64,000 nucleotides of DNA from Camelus dromedarius (GCF_036321535.1 NC_087436.1:80044001-80108000); one strand, 5' to 3'; shown: positions 50,336 through 62,935, counted from the stretch's first letter. Notes: a model not told the origin generated them from the sequence alone. Numbers and translations are program-made.

Positions 50336-51002
50336 AAGGTGTGCATTCATTCAGTCTTTCAACAACTATCTAATAAGTATTTACAAAACACCAATAGAAA
50401 CATTTGCCCAAATCTCTGCCATACAACAGAATGGAGTTAAGGTTGTAGAAGTCAAGTTCTTTCTCAACTGGATTTTGATTAAATGGGATCTTTGAATCAC
50501 CTATTTCCAAATCTTAGTTTGTAAACACAGAGACTTGACCTGAGCATTCTTCTTCCAACTGATGTTTAGACAAGATCACTAGTTTCCTTTCTGTGTCCCC
50601 TCATCTTCGTAGTGGTTAAGAACTGTATAACCACATCCCACATAAACACTTAACAAAGATAGCAGGAGACTCCATTCCTGTTTTCTTCTGAAAATCTCAA
50701 ATAGTTTTTTTCATTCAAAATATGGAATCATGTTCACACTGAATCTGAATGTCAAATGTGATGCAGGGACCACGGGAAGGCCGCTGACTGAGGAGCTTGA
50801 CGGGAATGACACGTAAGACCAGAAACCTCCATCTCCACCGAAAAGCCCTTTATTAATGCAGAATCAGCTTGGTGCTTGAGGACAGCACCTACCTGGAGAA
50901 TTTCAGCATTCATCTTGTTTTGGCATGTCAATAATCACTTCAACCACTAAAAATCTTTACTCTAAATCTTTTTGAGTTGTTGTTGAAAGAATAACCAAGA
51001 AT

Positions 51003-51122
51003 AAAATAGACTACTATATATAAAATAGATAAACAGCAAGGTCTCACTGTATAGCACAGGGAATTATATTCAATACCTTGTAACAGCCTATAATGAAAAA
51101 GAATCTGAAAAGAAATATATAG

Positions 51123-51176
<54 letters not shown>

Positions 51177-51253
51177 GAATCACCATGCTGTACACCAGAG
51201 ATTAACATATTGTAAACCAACTACACCTGATTAAAAAAAATAAAAAATAGACT
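51003..51253 (+). mobile_element. Short 5'-truncated camelid-type L1 3' end with TSD and internal (TA)23
   Basis: Similar to the 3'UTRs of the L1s at 16060 and 63178; aaaatagact at 51003-51012 and 51244-51253; (TA)23 at 51128-51173. Confidence 0.9.
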
Positions 51254-51594
51254 TCTACGTCATTGCTTTGTTGATGAAGAAGATAGTGAAAGCACATATT
51301 TTTCAACCTTTTGAAATAATTCTGTGAAACCGCTGTGCAGACACAGATAACTAGAACTGGCACATAAAGTCATTGACGTTTCTGTCTCTCTTCATCTGGG
51401 GTTCATGCAGTTGACAAAATACATCAAGATTCGGTCACTTTGTGTTTCACCGCAGGACCCTCCTAAGATTTGTTACTTAATTAAAATCTCACCTGTGATT
51501 TTTACATGCTTTGCTTTTCACATAGTAGATATCAGATAAATAAGTTTTAAACAAAGAAATACATTCTTCGTTATAAGCCTTGCAGAACTAAGCA

Positions 51595-51835
51595 ACAGGG
51601 TAAAATGGTTAGAAAACATGGCTTTGAAGTCAGACAGCACTGAGCTTAAATCCAAGCTCTGCCGCTTATGAAAAGACTAGAAGTTTCTTAAACTTTCTAA
51701 GCTAAGATCTCATGTGTAAAATGGGAATAATATAAGAGAAATCTCCTGGAGAGGATGGGAGAATTTAACGGTTATTTAAACCACTTAGCACAGTGCTTTG
51801 ACATTGTATGTTCCCAATAAATGACAGCTGTAATT
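51595..51835 (+). mobile_element. MIR SINE
   Basis: aagtcagacagcactgagcttaaatccaagctctgcc...tgtaaaatgggaataata...cacttagcacagtgc. Confidence 0.8.
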
Positions 51836-52826
51836 TTGTCATCATCAATGTTGCTATTCAGGAATGACATTCAGAGAAAATACTGCAGGAAAATGTCCCA
51901 GTATTCGCGTCCCTTGTGGCTCCCCTGATCCACCTTAAGCATGCTCTTTTTGTGATATCTGATCCATCACAAAGGAAGAAGTGAAAGAGTAAAGTATTTA
52001 TTGAGACGGAGTCTCACGGGTCCTCAGGACAGGGCTCTGTCCTATGTCTCTTCAAACCTGGCTGTTTGCACACATTTTTGATAACGCTATTGAGGTACTT
52101 GGTCTTATGTCAAAAGCATTCAACATATTGTAAAGCCATTAATAGCAAGCAAACTGATAACTCCATGGAAAAGGAAGTTAATTCTTTTTAAAATTTTTAT
52201 AAAATAAGATAGATTTCATAAGATCGCACAGAAATGAAGTATTAAACCCCATTATTAACATGTAATGAGATGTCTGTCATTTCCTTTACAGTTTCCAATA
52301 ACCATTCTCTCCAGCCTTTTCAAAATGGCCTTTGTCTTATGAATGTCCAAGCCCTGCCTTCTGGAGGCCTGTGACCAGAACTGCTTCAGTTATAAGCTTC
52401 CAGCCCTGGTGAACCATGTCTCAAGAGTGAGGCAAATACTGACCCACATGATAATGCCTTTGTTACACTGTTAGGAATAAAGTGATTGAAAATGGAGAAT
52501 CAAACCCTCTTCACGAGGATCATGTGGTAGTGAGGGGTAAGGAAGTCGGTGGGGCTGTTGTTCCCATTTTATACAATTCACGTCTCACAAATAAAAGGGA
52601 GTCAAATCCCCACCACCCACCTAACTCAGGTCCTTCATTTCGCCCCTGACCATGTACTAATAGCTCTTCATGGTATCATTAAGGCTAGAAACCAAGCCCC
52701 AGGTTCCTACCTGGACATTCTTTTGGCCTCTGTCATATGTACATTCAGGAATGAGGGAGAAGCTTCCGAACACTTCCTCTCTACAAAACAGAACACCCCA
52801 CTTGTCTTCCACAAGTGTGACCTCAC

Positions 52827-53068
52827 CTTCTTGAGAATCTCGGGGAGGGCAAGGCCACTGAGCTGGAAGAGTGGGTCCGCAGACTTCCAGCCCAAGCTCC
52901 GATTTATCTTCTCAAAATCCTCCAGCCAGTTCACAGCGCTGGACACTACCGGAAGCCAAGACGAGAACTTTGGGGGCAGTGAGCAAATCTCAATAGCTTT
53001 AGAATACGCTGGACAAGGCAAAGCCTTCTCCAGTACATTTAAAATTTCAGGGAGACCATTTGACAAAA
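52827..53068 (-). other. Candidate exon (possibly a first exon; 5' boundary uncertain)
   Basis: Donor AAG|GTGAGG (intron starts at 52826); CpG-containing unique sequence; one frame is open (LSNGLPEIL...PEILKK) but has no ATG before the donor. Confidence 0.3.
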
Positions 53069-53179
53069 CTAAGATTACATTGCACTTTTCAACCCACCTA
53101 ATCTACCTCGTGTGTTTAGAAATATGACGTTTGGTTTGAGAATGCATACTATGCAGTGTTCCCATCCCTCCTTCATCCT

Positions 53180-54870
53180 TTACTTGATGGACAGCTCTTC
53201 AACAGGGTTTTTGGCCCCAGGGCTGGGAGAGAGAGAGGTGAGGGAGTGAGCAGGGGGAGAGCGAGGGGGGAGAGCTGGACTTGAGAAGGCAGCTTCCAGT
53301 CCACTTCCTTTCTGCAGAATTTCACAAACTGGTCTAAGAAGCCCAGTCCTCCCCACTAAAACCAGTCGCCTCTGACATCCTGGCTGCTCTGTATGAAGCT
53401 GGCACCGAAGCACTTAACCTGCTGGATCGCCTTTCTCTAGACACCTGCCCAGCAGCAGACTAAACAAACAGGGATTCTCCACTGCGCAAAAGTTGGCTTC
53501 TTTCACTGGGTCTCCCATCTGTTAAAAAGCCATTGTCTGAGAAAGTGTTCAGCTAGCCGGGGAGCCGGAGCGACTGCATACTGAACTGCCCCCTTTTCCC
53601 CATAAAAAGTCCTCGTTAGCATTTTCTTTTCTCCCCGGTTTTCATTGCCTGATTTATTCATTGGTTTCACCTCTTCTCCCCTCCCTCTTGGTTCGGGAGG
53701 AGAGTCTCCTTGTCTTTGGTTTCTCAGGGGTCATGTCTTTTCAGTCACCGGGACAATACCCGCTGCTGGCATCTGCTTCCAGATCCAATCAGCCATATTG
53801 TGAACACATCCTGCCAGAGAATTGTTCCTCCTTTTGCTCGGCTTTGTTGCCAATTTCATGCCATGTATTGCTCCATGTTTCGTGCTTCATGAAGCTGTCA
53901 CGGGTATAAAAGTGGTCTGACCAGGGTCACAGTAAAAGGGGTGGGAATGAAACATCCACCAAAATGTTGAGCAGGCCACCCACAGTCCGCACATAGACAC
54001 ACAGACACACACTCACACGGTCCCCACACTCACACCCAGCCCACACACGCCCACAGCCCCCATGCAAACGCACACAGTCCAACATGCAAAAAATGCACAC
54101 AATCCCCACATGCTCACGACTCACATGCATAATACACATCCGACCCCCACACAACTCACATACTCACAACATTTACACAAACACGCGCACATGAGCATCT
54201 GGAGACCTCATACATTTTCGGTTCTCTCCCCAAGATTTAATCAGCACCCTAGTGAGATCCTTTATGCTTCTCCAGAGGGGTAAACAGGTTTATAAGGAAA
54301 CATAGAGTTTGATTCTTTTAATAATGATAAGTTGTGAAAGTTAAGCAAAAAGTTTAGAGTTTTTTTCTTTTTTACTCAAGTATTTCTAACCACATATAAA
54401 TACGAATAATCCTTCAGTGCACAATCTTAAAAACATACCAGAAAGGACTTTACAAGGCACATTAAACCACTCCAGATTAAAAGACCATTATCAGAAGCAT
54501 ATTCCCTTTTTTGAGACATTAATCTCTCATAAAGAACAACAATGTATAATCATAAGGAAAGATGTCAACAAAAGCCTAAAAATTAACCTCTTGGACTTGG
54601 GGGGAAGGCGTCCATGAGTCCCCTCCCCTCTGAGTTGTGGCTCTTGGGTACAGGAGTATTCCGATTTATCAAGAGGCTCTTTGTAAACCGTGGATTAGGC
54701 TGCCACAGCACAAAAGACTAAACTCCCTTGCAAAGCTTTGCTGAAACCCCGCTTTCAGGAAGGAGGGGAGCTGGGACGCTACGTAAGTACGTCCCATCAC
54801 GCAGAGCCCCGCCAACTCAACTGGGGCTGACTGCTGGCCGCCAGCCAGCGGAGGGGGTTGCCTTTCTCCT
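53180..54870. promoter_or_regulatory. Promoter-like, repeat-poor region
   Basis: Purine-rich tract, scattered CpGs, CCAAT at 53785 and 53850, TATAAAAG at 53905, ACGT-containing palindrome at 54773-54795. Confidence 0.3.
53985..54190. repeat. Degenerate CA-rich low-complexity tract
   Basis: Seen directly; it produces the spurious His/Thr-rich and Val/Cys-rich ORFs. Confidence 0.85.
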
Positions 54871-55790
54871 TAATGTCATAAGTTAAGGAAAAGAGGGAGG
54901 GAAAATGGAGAATGAAAACTCAAAATCCTCACAGTGAAATTCTGCTGAAGTTTCCTCATTTTGTTTCCACAGAGTTCTTTGCTTTTGTATTTCAAAAAAA
55001 GTCTAGAGATTCTGAAGGTCGTTTCTTCACAGTACACTGTATTTATGCTTATATTACCCCATGTTTCTATTCCAGCACTGTGAGTATGTGCTTCCCCTGG
55101 CCTTTTTTTATGAGGGCATTTTTTGATTATTGTTGGTTGACTGTGAACACTGAAGAGCTTTAGAAAAGAGCAGATGCCCATGCACGGACACACGAGATGG
55201 CTGCCTGCTGGGGTGAGTCTCCTCTTCTCCCCATTGCTAACAGACTCCTACAGAATCCTCTTCTGGTGCTTAAGATTTCCATCACTGGAGTCCCTCCTCT
55301 AGAGAGAGTTATAAGCTGCTAACCCCATAAGGACATAATAAAATGCAAATCTGCAATCCCTGGGTGCATTAAAACACAGAGTTTTTAGCAACCACTTCCA
55401 CCAAGAATCACATGAGGAGTGAGGAACAGATGCTCCCAACTAAAGGAAACAAAAGGTAAATTTTGATCAAAAGAATGAGGTATAAGGAAGAGAGAAGGAG
55501 AGCATGAAGATCTGAACCACGAGTGTTCTCCTCTGGAAGTGAGTCAGCATTTGCTTCTCTGGCTGGGAGTCGTGAGTGCCAGGAGAACTCATGGCAGGGA
55601 AGGGGGAAGAAGAGGAGGTACAAGTGGGAGGCGCCAAGGCAGAGTCAGGCTGGACGACAGGTAGCCTCTCAGGTAAACTCTAGACTTACTGAGGAAAGTT
55701 CTCTGCCTCCCTTGGCTGCTACATGATACTCTACTTGGAGCTTCATTTAATTACCCAAAAACTTCAATGGCAACTTTCTACAGACATCCC

Positions 55791-55970
55791 TGATATGGAC
55801 TGAATGTTTGTGTCTCCCCCTCCTCAACCACCACATTTATTATTGAAGCCCTAATCCTCAGTGTGGCCGTATTTGGAAATGGTGCCTGTAAGGCAGTCAT
55901 TAAGGTCAAACGAGGTCATAAGGGTGGAGCCCTCATCCAACAGGACCAGGGTCCTTGTGAGAAGAGATGA
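55791..55970 (+). mobile_element. MLT1A/B-like LTR 5' fragment
   Basis: tgatatggactgaatgtttgtgtctcccc...gaggtcataagggtggagccctcatccaa. Confidence 0.85.
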
Positions 55971-56354
55971 CGAAGACAAACCCCAAGGCAAGCCAGGTGT
56001 GACTGAAAGATTCAGAGAGAAAGGGTAAAACCTTCAAGCACCGCATGCCATTGTCCAAAACGGGGCACCCCTTCACAGCCTGCCCTGGGACAGCGCTGTC
56101 CGGGGTTGGAGCTTTTCTCTACCCTGACCCATCTCAGTCCTAGCTCCTGTCCACTTGAACCCCTTACCCTTTCTGAGTGATTTCCACCCAGAAACATAAG
56201 CCATCAGGGTTTTCTGAGAAATATCACTGCTGAAAAGTAACATGCACACGACAAGGTGAAGGCAGCCTTACTGCAGGAAACTCCGGGAAGCTTGCATTTC
56301 ACCCTGGGAAACTCTGGGAAAGTCTGCACTTGGCTCCCACTCAGCTTCACTGTC

Positions 56355-56835
56355 CACTAGATGCTGGTCGAACATCTACTGCACGTCAGCAGCTACACCG
56401 AGCTCTGACACACAAAGGTGAGTAAGTCATGGCGCCTGTACTCAAAGAGCTTCAAATCTCGCAAGAGAGACAGGCACTTACGTCAATGTTACAACTCAAT
56501 ATATGTCACAATGTAAAAATTGTTCTGCAAAACTAGAGTGGAGAAGGGGTAGCTTCCCCAGAAAAGTGCTTTCCTTCTGTTAAAGGACATTCCTTTTGCA
56601 AAAGCCAAAGGCATGAAAGGACTTGGGATATTGAAGAGGGGGGTGTGCAGGAGAGTTGAAATATAAGATGCATGGGACTTAAAGGATGGGAGGGTTAGGA
56701 CAGGGGACATCAAAGTATAAAACAGATGAGGGGCCATACTAAAAAGCTGTTCTCCAGGGCACACGGGACTGGAGGCTGAAGGGAGGAGACAGAAAACTTG
56801 GGTGATACCACTTCAGAGAGAAGAGAAGATGACCT
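56355..56835 (-). mobile_element. Degraded L2 fragment
   Basis: gaacatctactgcacgtcagc...acacaaaggtgagtaagtcatggcgcctgtactcaaagagctt. Confidence 0.55.
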
Positions 56836-58589
56836 CAGACACCCAATTTCCTAACCTAACCTCCCTGGAGGACCCCGAGTCCTTAGCTTTTCCAATGACT
56901 TCATTATTTCTAACTTTTTCAAGGGCCTTTTGAAATTCTAAATGCATCCGATGTTACCAGAGTCTAAAATATGCTCTCTTTTCTGTCGCTCCCTGAATTT
57001 TCCTTTCTTCCCCAGCCCTATACTTTTATTTACGTTTAATAAGGACATTGAGCCAGCAGGGCTCGTCAGAGGGCCCGAGCCGGCTTTGTGCTCCGTGTGA
57101 GCGTGTATGTGTGTGTTAAACAATTTCATGGACATCTGTCATGCACAGTTAACTTTGCATTGCTGCATTTTAAGTGGTGGGCCCAGGCTTGGCCAGCAGT
57201 GATAAAGTAGCTGGCAGTTTTCAAAAAGCCACAGGATAACAGAGCATGAATCATAAAACACACTACTGTGTAGCAATATCCAAGTTCATTCAACGCAATG
57301 GAACCATGCAGAGGCCCTTTATCCCCAGCTAATTATGTGGAAACGTCTAAGACAATAAAGCATCTGGTGGTCTTTCTTCCCCGTTTCAATTTTTCTCAAT
57401 ATTGTGACGGGGGAAAGTATTGTGCCTTTCCCAGGGCAGTTGCAGTGAAGAGGAGTAAAAGCAAGGGTCAGGGAAGAGCAAATAGATGAATTTATAACTT
57501 TCTTTTTATTTATTCCTACCCCATTGTCTCTCTGGAAGTCTTCCTTCAGTGCTGTATTTTGGGATCACTATTCTCATTGCACTCGGCTTGAATCCCCTTT
57601 TCTCCCTCTTTAAAAAAAATACCACCCAAACTGCCAGACCTTCGCTGATTCCCTGTGGCTGGCGAGGCTTTCTCCGCTGTGGGCATCCAGGGATTGAAGT
57701 CTAAGATTTATAATCACTCTCCAGGCTCAAGTTAAGGGAAGGGTTCTTACTTCCACAAATGAAACCTAACATGTGATTTCCTTTTTTGAAAGAGGTGAAG
57801 AGAACGGTCCCTGTGATTGAGGTTTTCCCACAGAGGGTTCCCTGTAATTGCCTCGCACATGGTTCTTTTTGCCATTCTCTGGAAAACACACGCAAATGCC
57901 ATGCGTTGCACTCCTGGGGGTTTTGATGAAAGCCCCTTTATAGCTAAGCACTGTGTGATGAGACCGAGCCAGCGTCTGATGAGGTGACTAATTGGTACCA
58001 CTAGCTTAAAAAGCTAATAAGTTAATTAGATTAACTTCGTTCATGTTTGCACAGGGCTTTGAAGAGGGAAACACTACAGGAGCCCTAAGCTTCTCTGAAT
58101 TGAGATCCAGTGCAGCTCCATGCTGGGTACAAGCTGTCCCCCGAAAGACATGAGGCTACTGTGGTTACAGTCCGCTTTTTTATTTCTTAGCCACCTCCCA
58201 ATCCTTCTCAAAAGCCAAATCAAAGTGACATACTATGTCTTTAGTATCTTCTAGTGCAATATTTTCAGTCATTATAAATCTAAATTCCACTGAAGGCATT
58301 AGGAACGATTCCCATTTCTCTGCTTTCCCTGCATATTACTATGTCGTAACATCCAAGTCATTTTAATGCCAACTTAAGAATCAAGTAAGATTCTTTTTAA
58401 TCCAAGGGTGGCAGTAATTGCAAGAAAATTTAAATGAAATGATATTAACATTCTCTTTGGATTACTTATTTATCCTGCACCTTAAAAATGTGATGAGGCC
58501 CAGGATTATGGAGTTTTAGCATTCAGTAAACTTTATATCCATCATTACTACTCCCTTTATCTGTCTGCCTACCTGTAACATCTATCTAT

Positions 58590-58990
58590 CTTATGTATTC
58601 AAGTAAACTTTGTACAGTACTCAAAAGGAATGCTCAGGAGCTACAAAGATGAAGACAAGTACAGCCCTCAAGGAACTTTTCGTCTAGAACACACAGTATT
58701 GCCTCTGGATAAAGGAGCTAACAGCAAAGCAAGGAGAGAGATGACTGACAAGGTGGCTTTGGAGCTGAACCTTAAAGAGTTTTGACAGGGGGAGATGGAG
58801 GAAAGGACATACCCTTCACAAAAGAGACAGCAAAAACAAAGGTTCTGACAAGAGGGGGCACATGGCACATCCAACAACCAGAAAATAATCCAATATGGCT
58901 GAGGCGCATGCCCACAAGGAAGTGAGAAACGGGGCTGAAGAAGTAGATGGGGCGAGATCACAAATAGTGTTTCTTAGGTTTGAGGTTGTA

Positions 58991-59021
<31 letters not shown>

Positions 59022-59185
59022 CTGTTGGTTGGTTGGTTGGCTGGTTGGTTGGTTGGTTTGTCTGAGCAGGGAAGTCACATGAAAGGAATCAGGTGAGGAA
59101 AAGCAATGGAAAGACCAGCGAAGGCATTTTTAGACTGTCCTTTAAAAGGCAATAAAGATCCAAACCAAAGTGGTGGCCAAAAGTA
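58590..59185 (-). mobile_element. L2 fragment containing (TG)n and (TTGG)n microsatellites (58994-59058)
   Basis: acaaagatgaagacaagtacagccctcaaggaac...tttggagctgaaccttaaag; repeats seen directly. Confidence 0.7.
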
Positions 59186-59529
59186 ATGAAAAAGTAAAGA
59201 AAGGAAAAAACATATCATTCAAGAACTTTTTAAGTGAAAAAATTTTGAAGTGCAGACTCCAAGTCAAAATGTATAGTTTAATTACATAAAAACATTTTTA
59301 TTTATGAAGTTTTATCATCTCTGGGTGGCATGTTCTAAAGTGTTTGCTTAGGAGTTTTGTAACTTGTTTTCCTCAATAATGAATATGTATCATTTACAAA
59401 ATAAGAGATTTTAAATCTTGTTCACTGATGTTAGGACAGTAGCATCCCTAGAGGAAAAACTTTAAAAAGTAACTCAAATCGAGTGATTGTCACACTAAAA
59501 CAAAGGAAAAAAACGTGTTGAAACTCAGG

Positions 59530-59775
59530 GTGGTGCAGTGAAAGAGCGTCAGTGGAATTAAAGGTGAGACTACTTAAGTTTCTATTCCAGCTTCACAGTA
59601 TAACTAAGTACGTTCTGGGAAAGTTGCCTAACTTCTCTGACTCTCAGTTTTCCCACCTGTAAAACACGTAATAATAGTGCCTGCTTTACAGGCACAAACA
59701 GGGTTCTCGTTAGGATGAAATGAGATAGCGCGTGTCCTGTGCCCAACACGCAGTGGACACTCAATGAATGTTACT
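59530..59775 (+). mobile_element. MIR SINE
   Basis: ctctcagttttcccacctgtaaaa...aggatgaaatgagatag...cactcaatgaatgtta. Confidence 0.85.
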
Positions 59776-60066
59776 CTCCTACCTCCCTCGCCACCCAAAG
59801 TCGGAACCCAGTAGAGCTTCTATAAGGAGGTACAGAGAGAGATCATCACAACACAGTTTCTCACCACTTCACCGGGCATTGGGAAACTCAAAATGCAGAC
59901 TGCTCAGAGAAGAAAGACAGTACCAACCAGCCTTTCCTCGTCTATAAGCACACTGCATCCCTGCTTCAACACAGCATCTCTTCCTCCTCCTCTTCAGCCC
60001 TGCAACAAAGAGTTCTCTGCCGCACACAGGCTTGGGGAAAGAGATTATCTTCACCCATAAGCTGCC

Positions 60067-60479
60067 TGTGTTAGCTTCCTGGGGCTGTTGTAATAAAGTA
60101 CCACAACCTTGGTGGCTTAAGACAACAGAAACTTATTCTCTCACAGTCCTGGAGTCCAGAAGTCCAAAATCAAGGTACGGCTGCATTCACTCCAAAGTCT
60201 TAAGGGGAGAATCCTTCCTTGTTTCTTCTAGCTTCTCACAATCCTTGGCTTGCAGCAATATCCATGACCTCTTCACATGGTCTCTTGCCTGGGCTTCTGT
60301 GTGCCCTTTTCTGTCTCTTATAAGGACACTCTCGTTGGACTTACGGACCACACTAATTGCATCATCTCCACCCATATCTTAATTACATCTGCAAAGACCC
60401 TATTTCCAAATATGGTCATATTCTGAGGTTTCTGGTGGGTGGACATGAATTTTGAGGGGACATGATGCAACCCACTGAA
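60067..60479 (-). mobile_element. MLT1C-like MaLR solo LTR
   Basis: tgtgttagcttcctggggctgttgtaataaagtaccacaa...ttaattacatctgcaaagaccctatttccaaat. Confidence 0.9.
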
Positions 60480-60549
60480 GTGTTTCAAATCAAATTAATT
60501 CCTATGTCAGCTGAAAGGGTGTAAAAGAAATGACACCCCTGTAGCAACA

Positions 60550-60708
60550 AGCTTACCTAGTGCTCAGATCTTGCTTTCTGATACTTCCTTCAATGAAAGA
60601 ACCTAGGGCTTCTTGGAGAGATGGCTGACTCCAGGACTGGGACAGGAAACAGACAAGATCTTGGAACATCTTGTAGAGCCAGAAAGTAAGAAAGTGCTTA
60701 TGTACACA

Positions 60709-60759
<51 letters not shown>

Positions 60760-61492
60760 ATGGGAGTAAATCAAAGGAGAGCAACACCTATATGTGTGAC
60801 CCCAGGTGACATTACACGAGCAGATGAACTATCCAGCTGAATCCAACCAGCTCACAGAATTATGAGAACAAATAAAGCTACTAAGTTTTGGGGTGCTTTC
60901 TTTTACAGAGATTGATAAGTAAAATAAGTGACCTTTTCTTGTCAAATTGGTGTAGATTTTTTTTTTAATGTTAATGCTGTTAAGAGTACATTAAGATATG
61001 GCCAGTCAAAATTAAAATTGCTACAATTTTTTCTGGCCAAAAAAAAGAAGAAAAGAAAAAAAGAGCATAGGAGCAACCAAAAGAGCTCCCAATGGCCCAA
61101 ACTGGAACAAATCGAACATAATAAATAAAGTAGTACTGAATTATAGCACAAAGTATTAACAAATTATCCATGAGTCCATAGTGATATAAATAATGACCAA
61201 GTAAGTTAATAAGTGGGAGATGAGACAAAGCCCCACTGCAAATTCCAAATAATTTGTGTAGACATTCTGCCCTCAAGGAAGGAAAAATAACTCTCACTCC
61301 TTATATGGCTACACAGTGACTTCTTTCCAGAGTGTACAGTACAGAAAGGGGGTAAAAAGAGTAACTCTCCAGTGGAGAAAACTGACAAACACTACATTTG
61401 CCAGGTAACCAAAGTCAACGTCAACAGTTGTAAGTCATGTTGATAGAATGTACCCTTGATAGGATGTGATAAAAATGGTACTTTACCTCTGC
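60550..61492 (+). mobile_element. L1MC/MD-type 3' region interleaved with an MLT1 3' fragment (~60790-60920) and (CA)n (60704-60757)
   Basis: ttcaatgaaagaacctagggcttcttggagagatggctgactccagg; gagctcccaatggcc; taagttttggggtg (MLT1). Confidence 0.7.
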
Positions 61493-62099
61493 TGAAATGA
61501 AGAAAAATTAGAGCACAAGACTTAAAATGTTCTCTTGATTGACAGGTTGTGAGCTGTTTGGACCATCAGGCAGAAATGGGGTAAGAAGTCACTTCCCCAT
61601 GACATGGAGGGGGAGATGTTAAAGAGTGGCCATCAGCTGTCTAACATTGATGACTTCCGTGAGTTAAAAGGAGATCTGAGCACCTTAAAGTGTCTATTAG
61701 AAGAGACATATTTAATCATTTCATTCTTGACAGCAAAGGAGCAAGTCCAGGTATAACAAGTCACTTGCCCAGTATAATTTGGTGGCCACAGATCAAACAG
61801 GCACCCCAAGAGACCCAACAATCCACTGGGTGCCCTTTCCATCTCAAGCTGTTCAAGCTACAATCTACTGAAGGTTATTTATTAAACACAGGTCATCAAG
61901 GGAAAGAGCACGTTCTCTTTTCAAGTCTGCTCCTCTGTCTTTTGCTGAACTCATCTTTCTTCTTTTGTTACCTTCACCATTGTGCTTTAGTGAGTGCTAG
62001 GAGTGCACATGGAAAAGTATAAGTGTATATATATATATATATTATATAATATATATATATATATGAACACAGGAGTGTAGGAATAAATCAGTGAGAAGT

Positions 62100-62935
62100 C
62101 TATGCACACTGCCTCTACTTTTCTCATTTTTTCAAATGAGTTTGGCTTCCACCTGCTCCATGCTTCACTCTGTGACGTGACTGCTAACTCCCTAAGTAAC
62201 AAACCTATCAGGCTTTTCTCCATCACATTCTCCTGAACTCTTCCAGGGCAATTGTTCCTGTTGATCATCTCCTCGCTTTTGAAACTCCTGATTCAAAACC
62301 ATCATGACCCTAAACCCTCCATAAGCTCTCTTTCTACTTGTCTTTACTCTTCCTCACTCTCCACTATTGCTCCTTGTCTTCCATTTCTCAAATGCCAGCA
62401 TTCCACCCTTTGCCCTTGCCAGACTCATCTTCCACAACAATACCTGAATCACCTACTGGTATTTTTCTCTAGGTATTTTTCTCAAGAGTTAAACACCATG
62501 AAATTAGTCTTTTTTATTGAAATTACCAGCCCTGCTTTATTACATGCTATCGGAACACAAGAAGACCATCTAGTTGAGTGCGGGCAGGAATTAGGTTGCC
62601 TGCTTTTAAATCTTAACTCTTCTACAATTCTGCCTCAGCTGCTTCTTCTATAAAACGGGGATAATAACAATACTGATCTCCTACAGTGCGGTGAGGATTA
62701 AATGAGTTACTATACATAAAAAAATCTAAAACAGTACTTTAGACATACTTAGTTCTCAGTCAATGTTAACCATCAGAGTTATTGTAGCTCGTTACCATAC
62801 TCAATTAAATTATTTACTTGTCTGTTTTACAAGAATATGAGAACCTTGAAAGTGGGAGCAGGTCCCAATCAACATTCTGTACCCAACCCATAACACAGAG
62901 CACATAACAAGTATGCAAATTGTGAGTTGATCATA
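62100..62935 (+). mobile_element. L2 fragments flanking a MIR (~62560-62770)
   Basis: tggcttccacctgctccatgcttcact (L2); ataaaacggggataataacaatac...gtgaggattaaatgagtta (MIR). Confidence 0.75.

Noticed and set aside
53927..54283. His/Thr-rich and Cys/Val-rich ORFs
   Set aside because: Products of the CA-rich low-complexity tract
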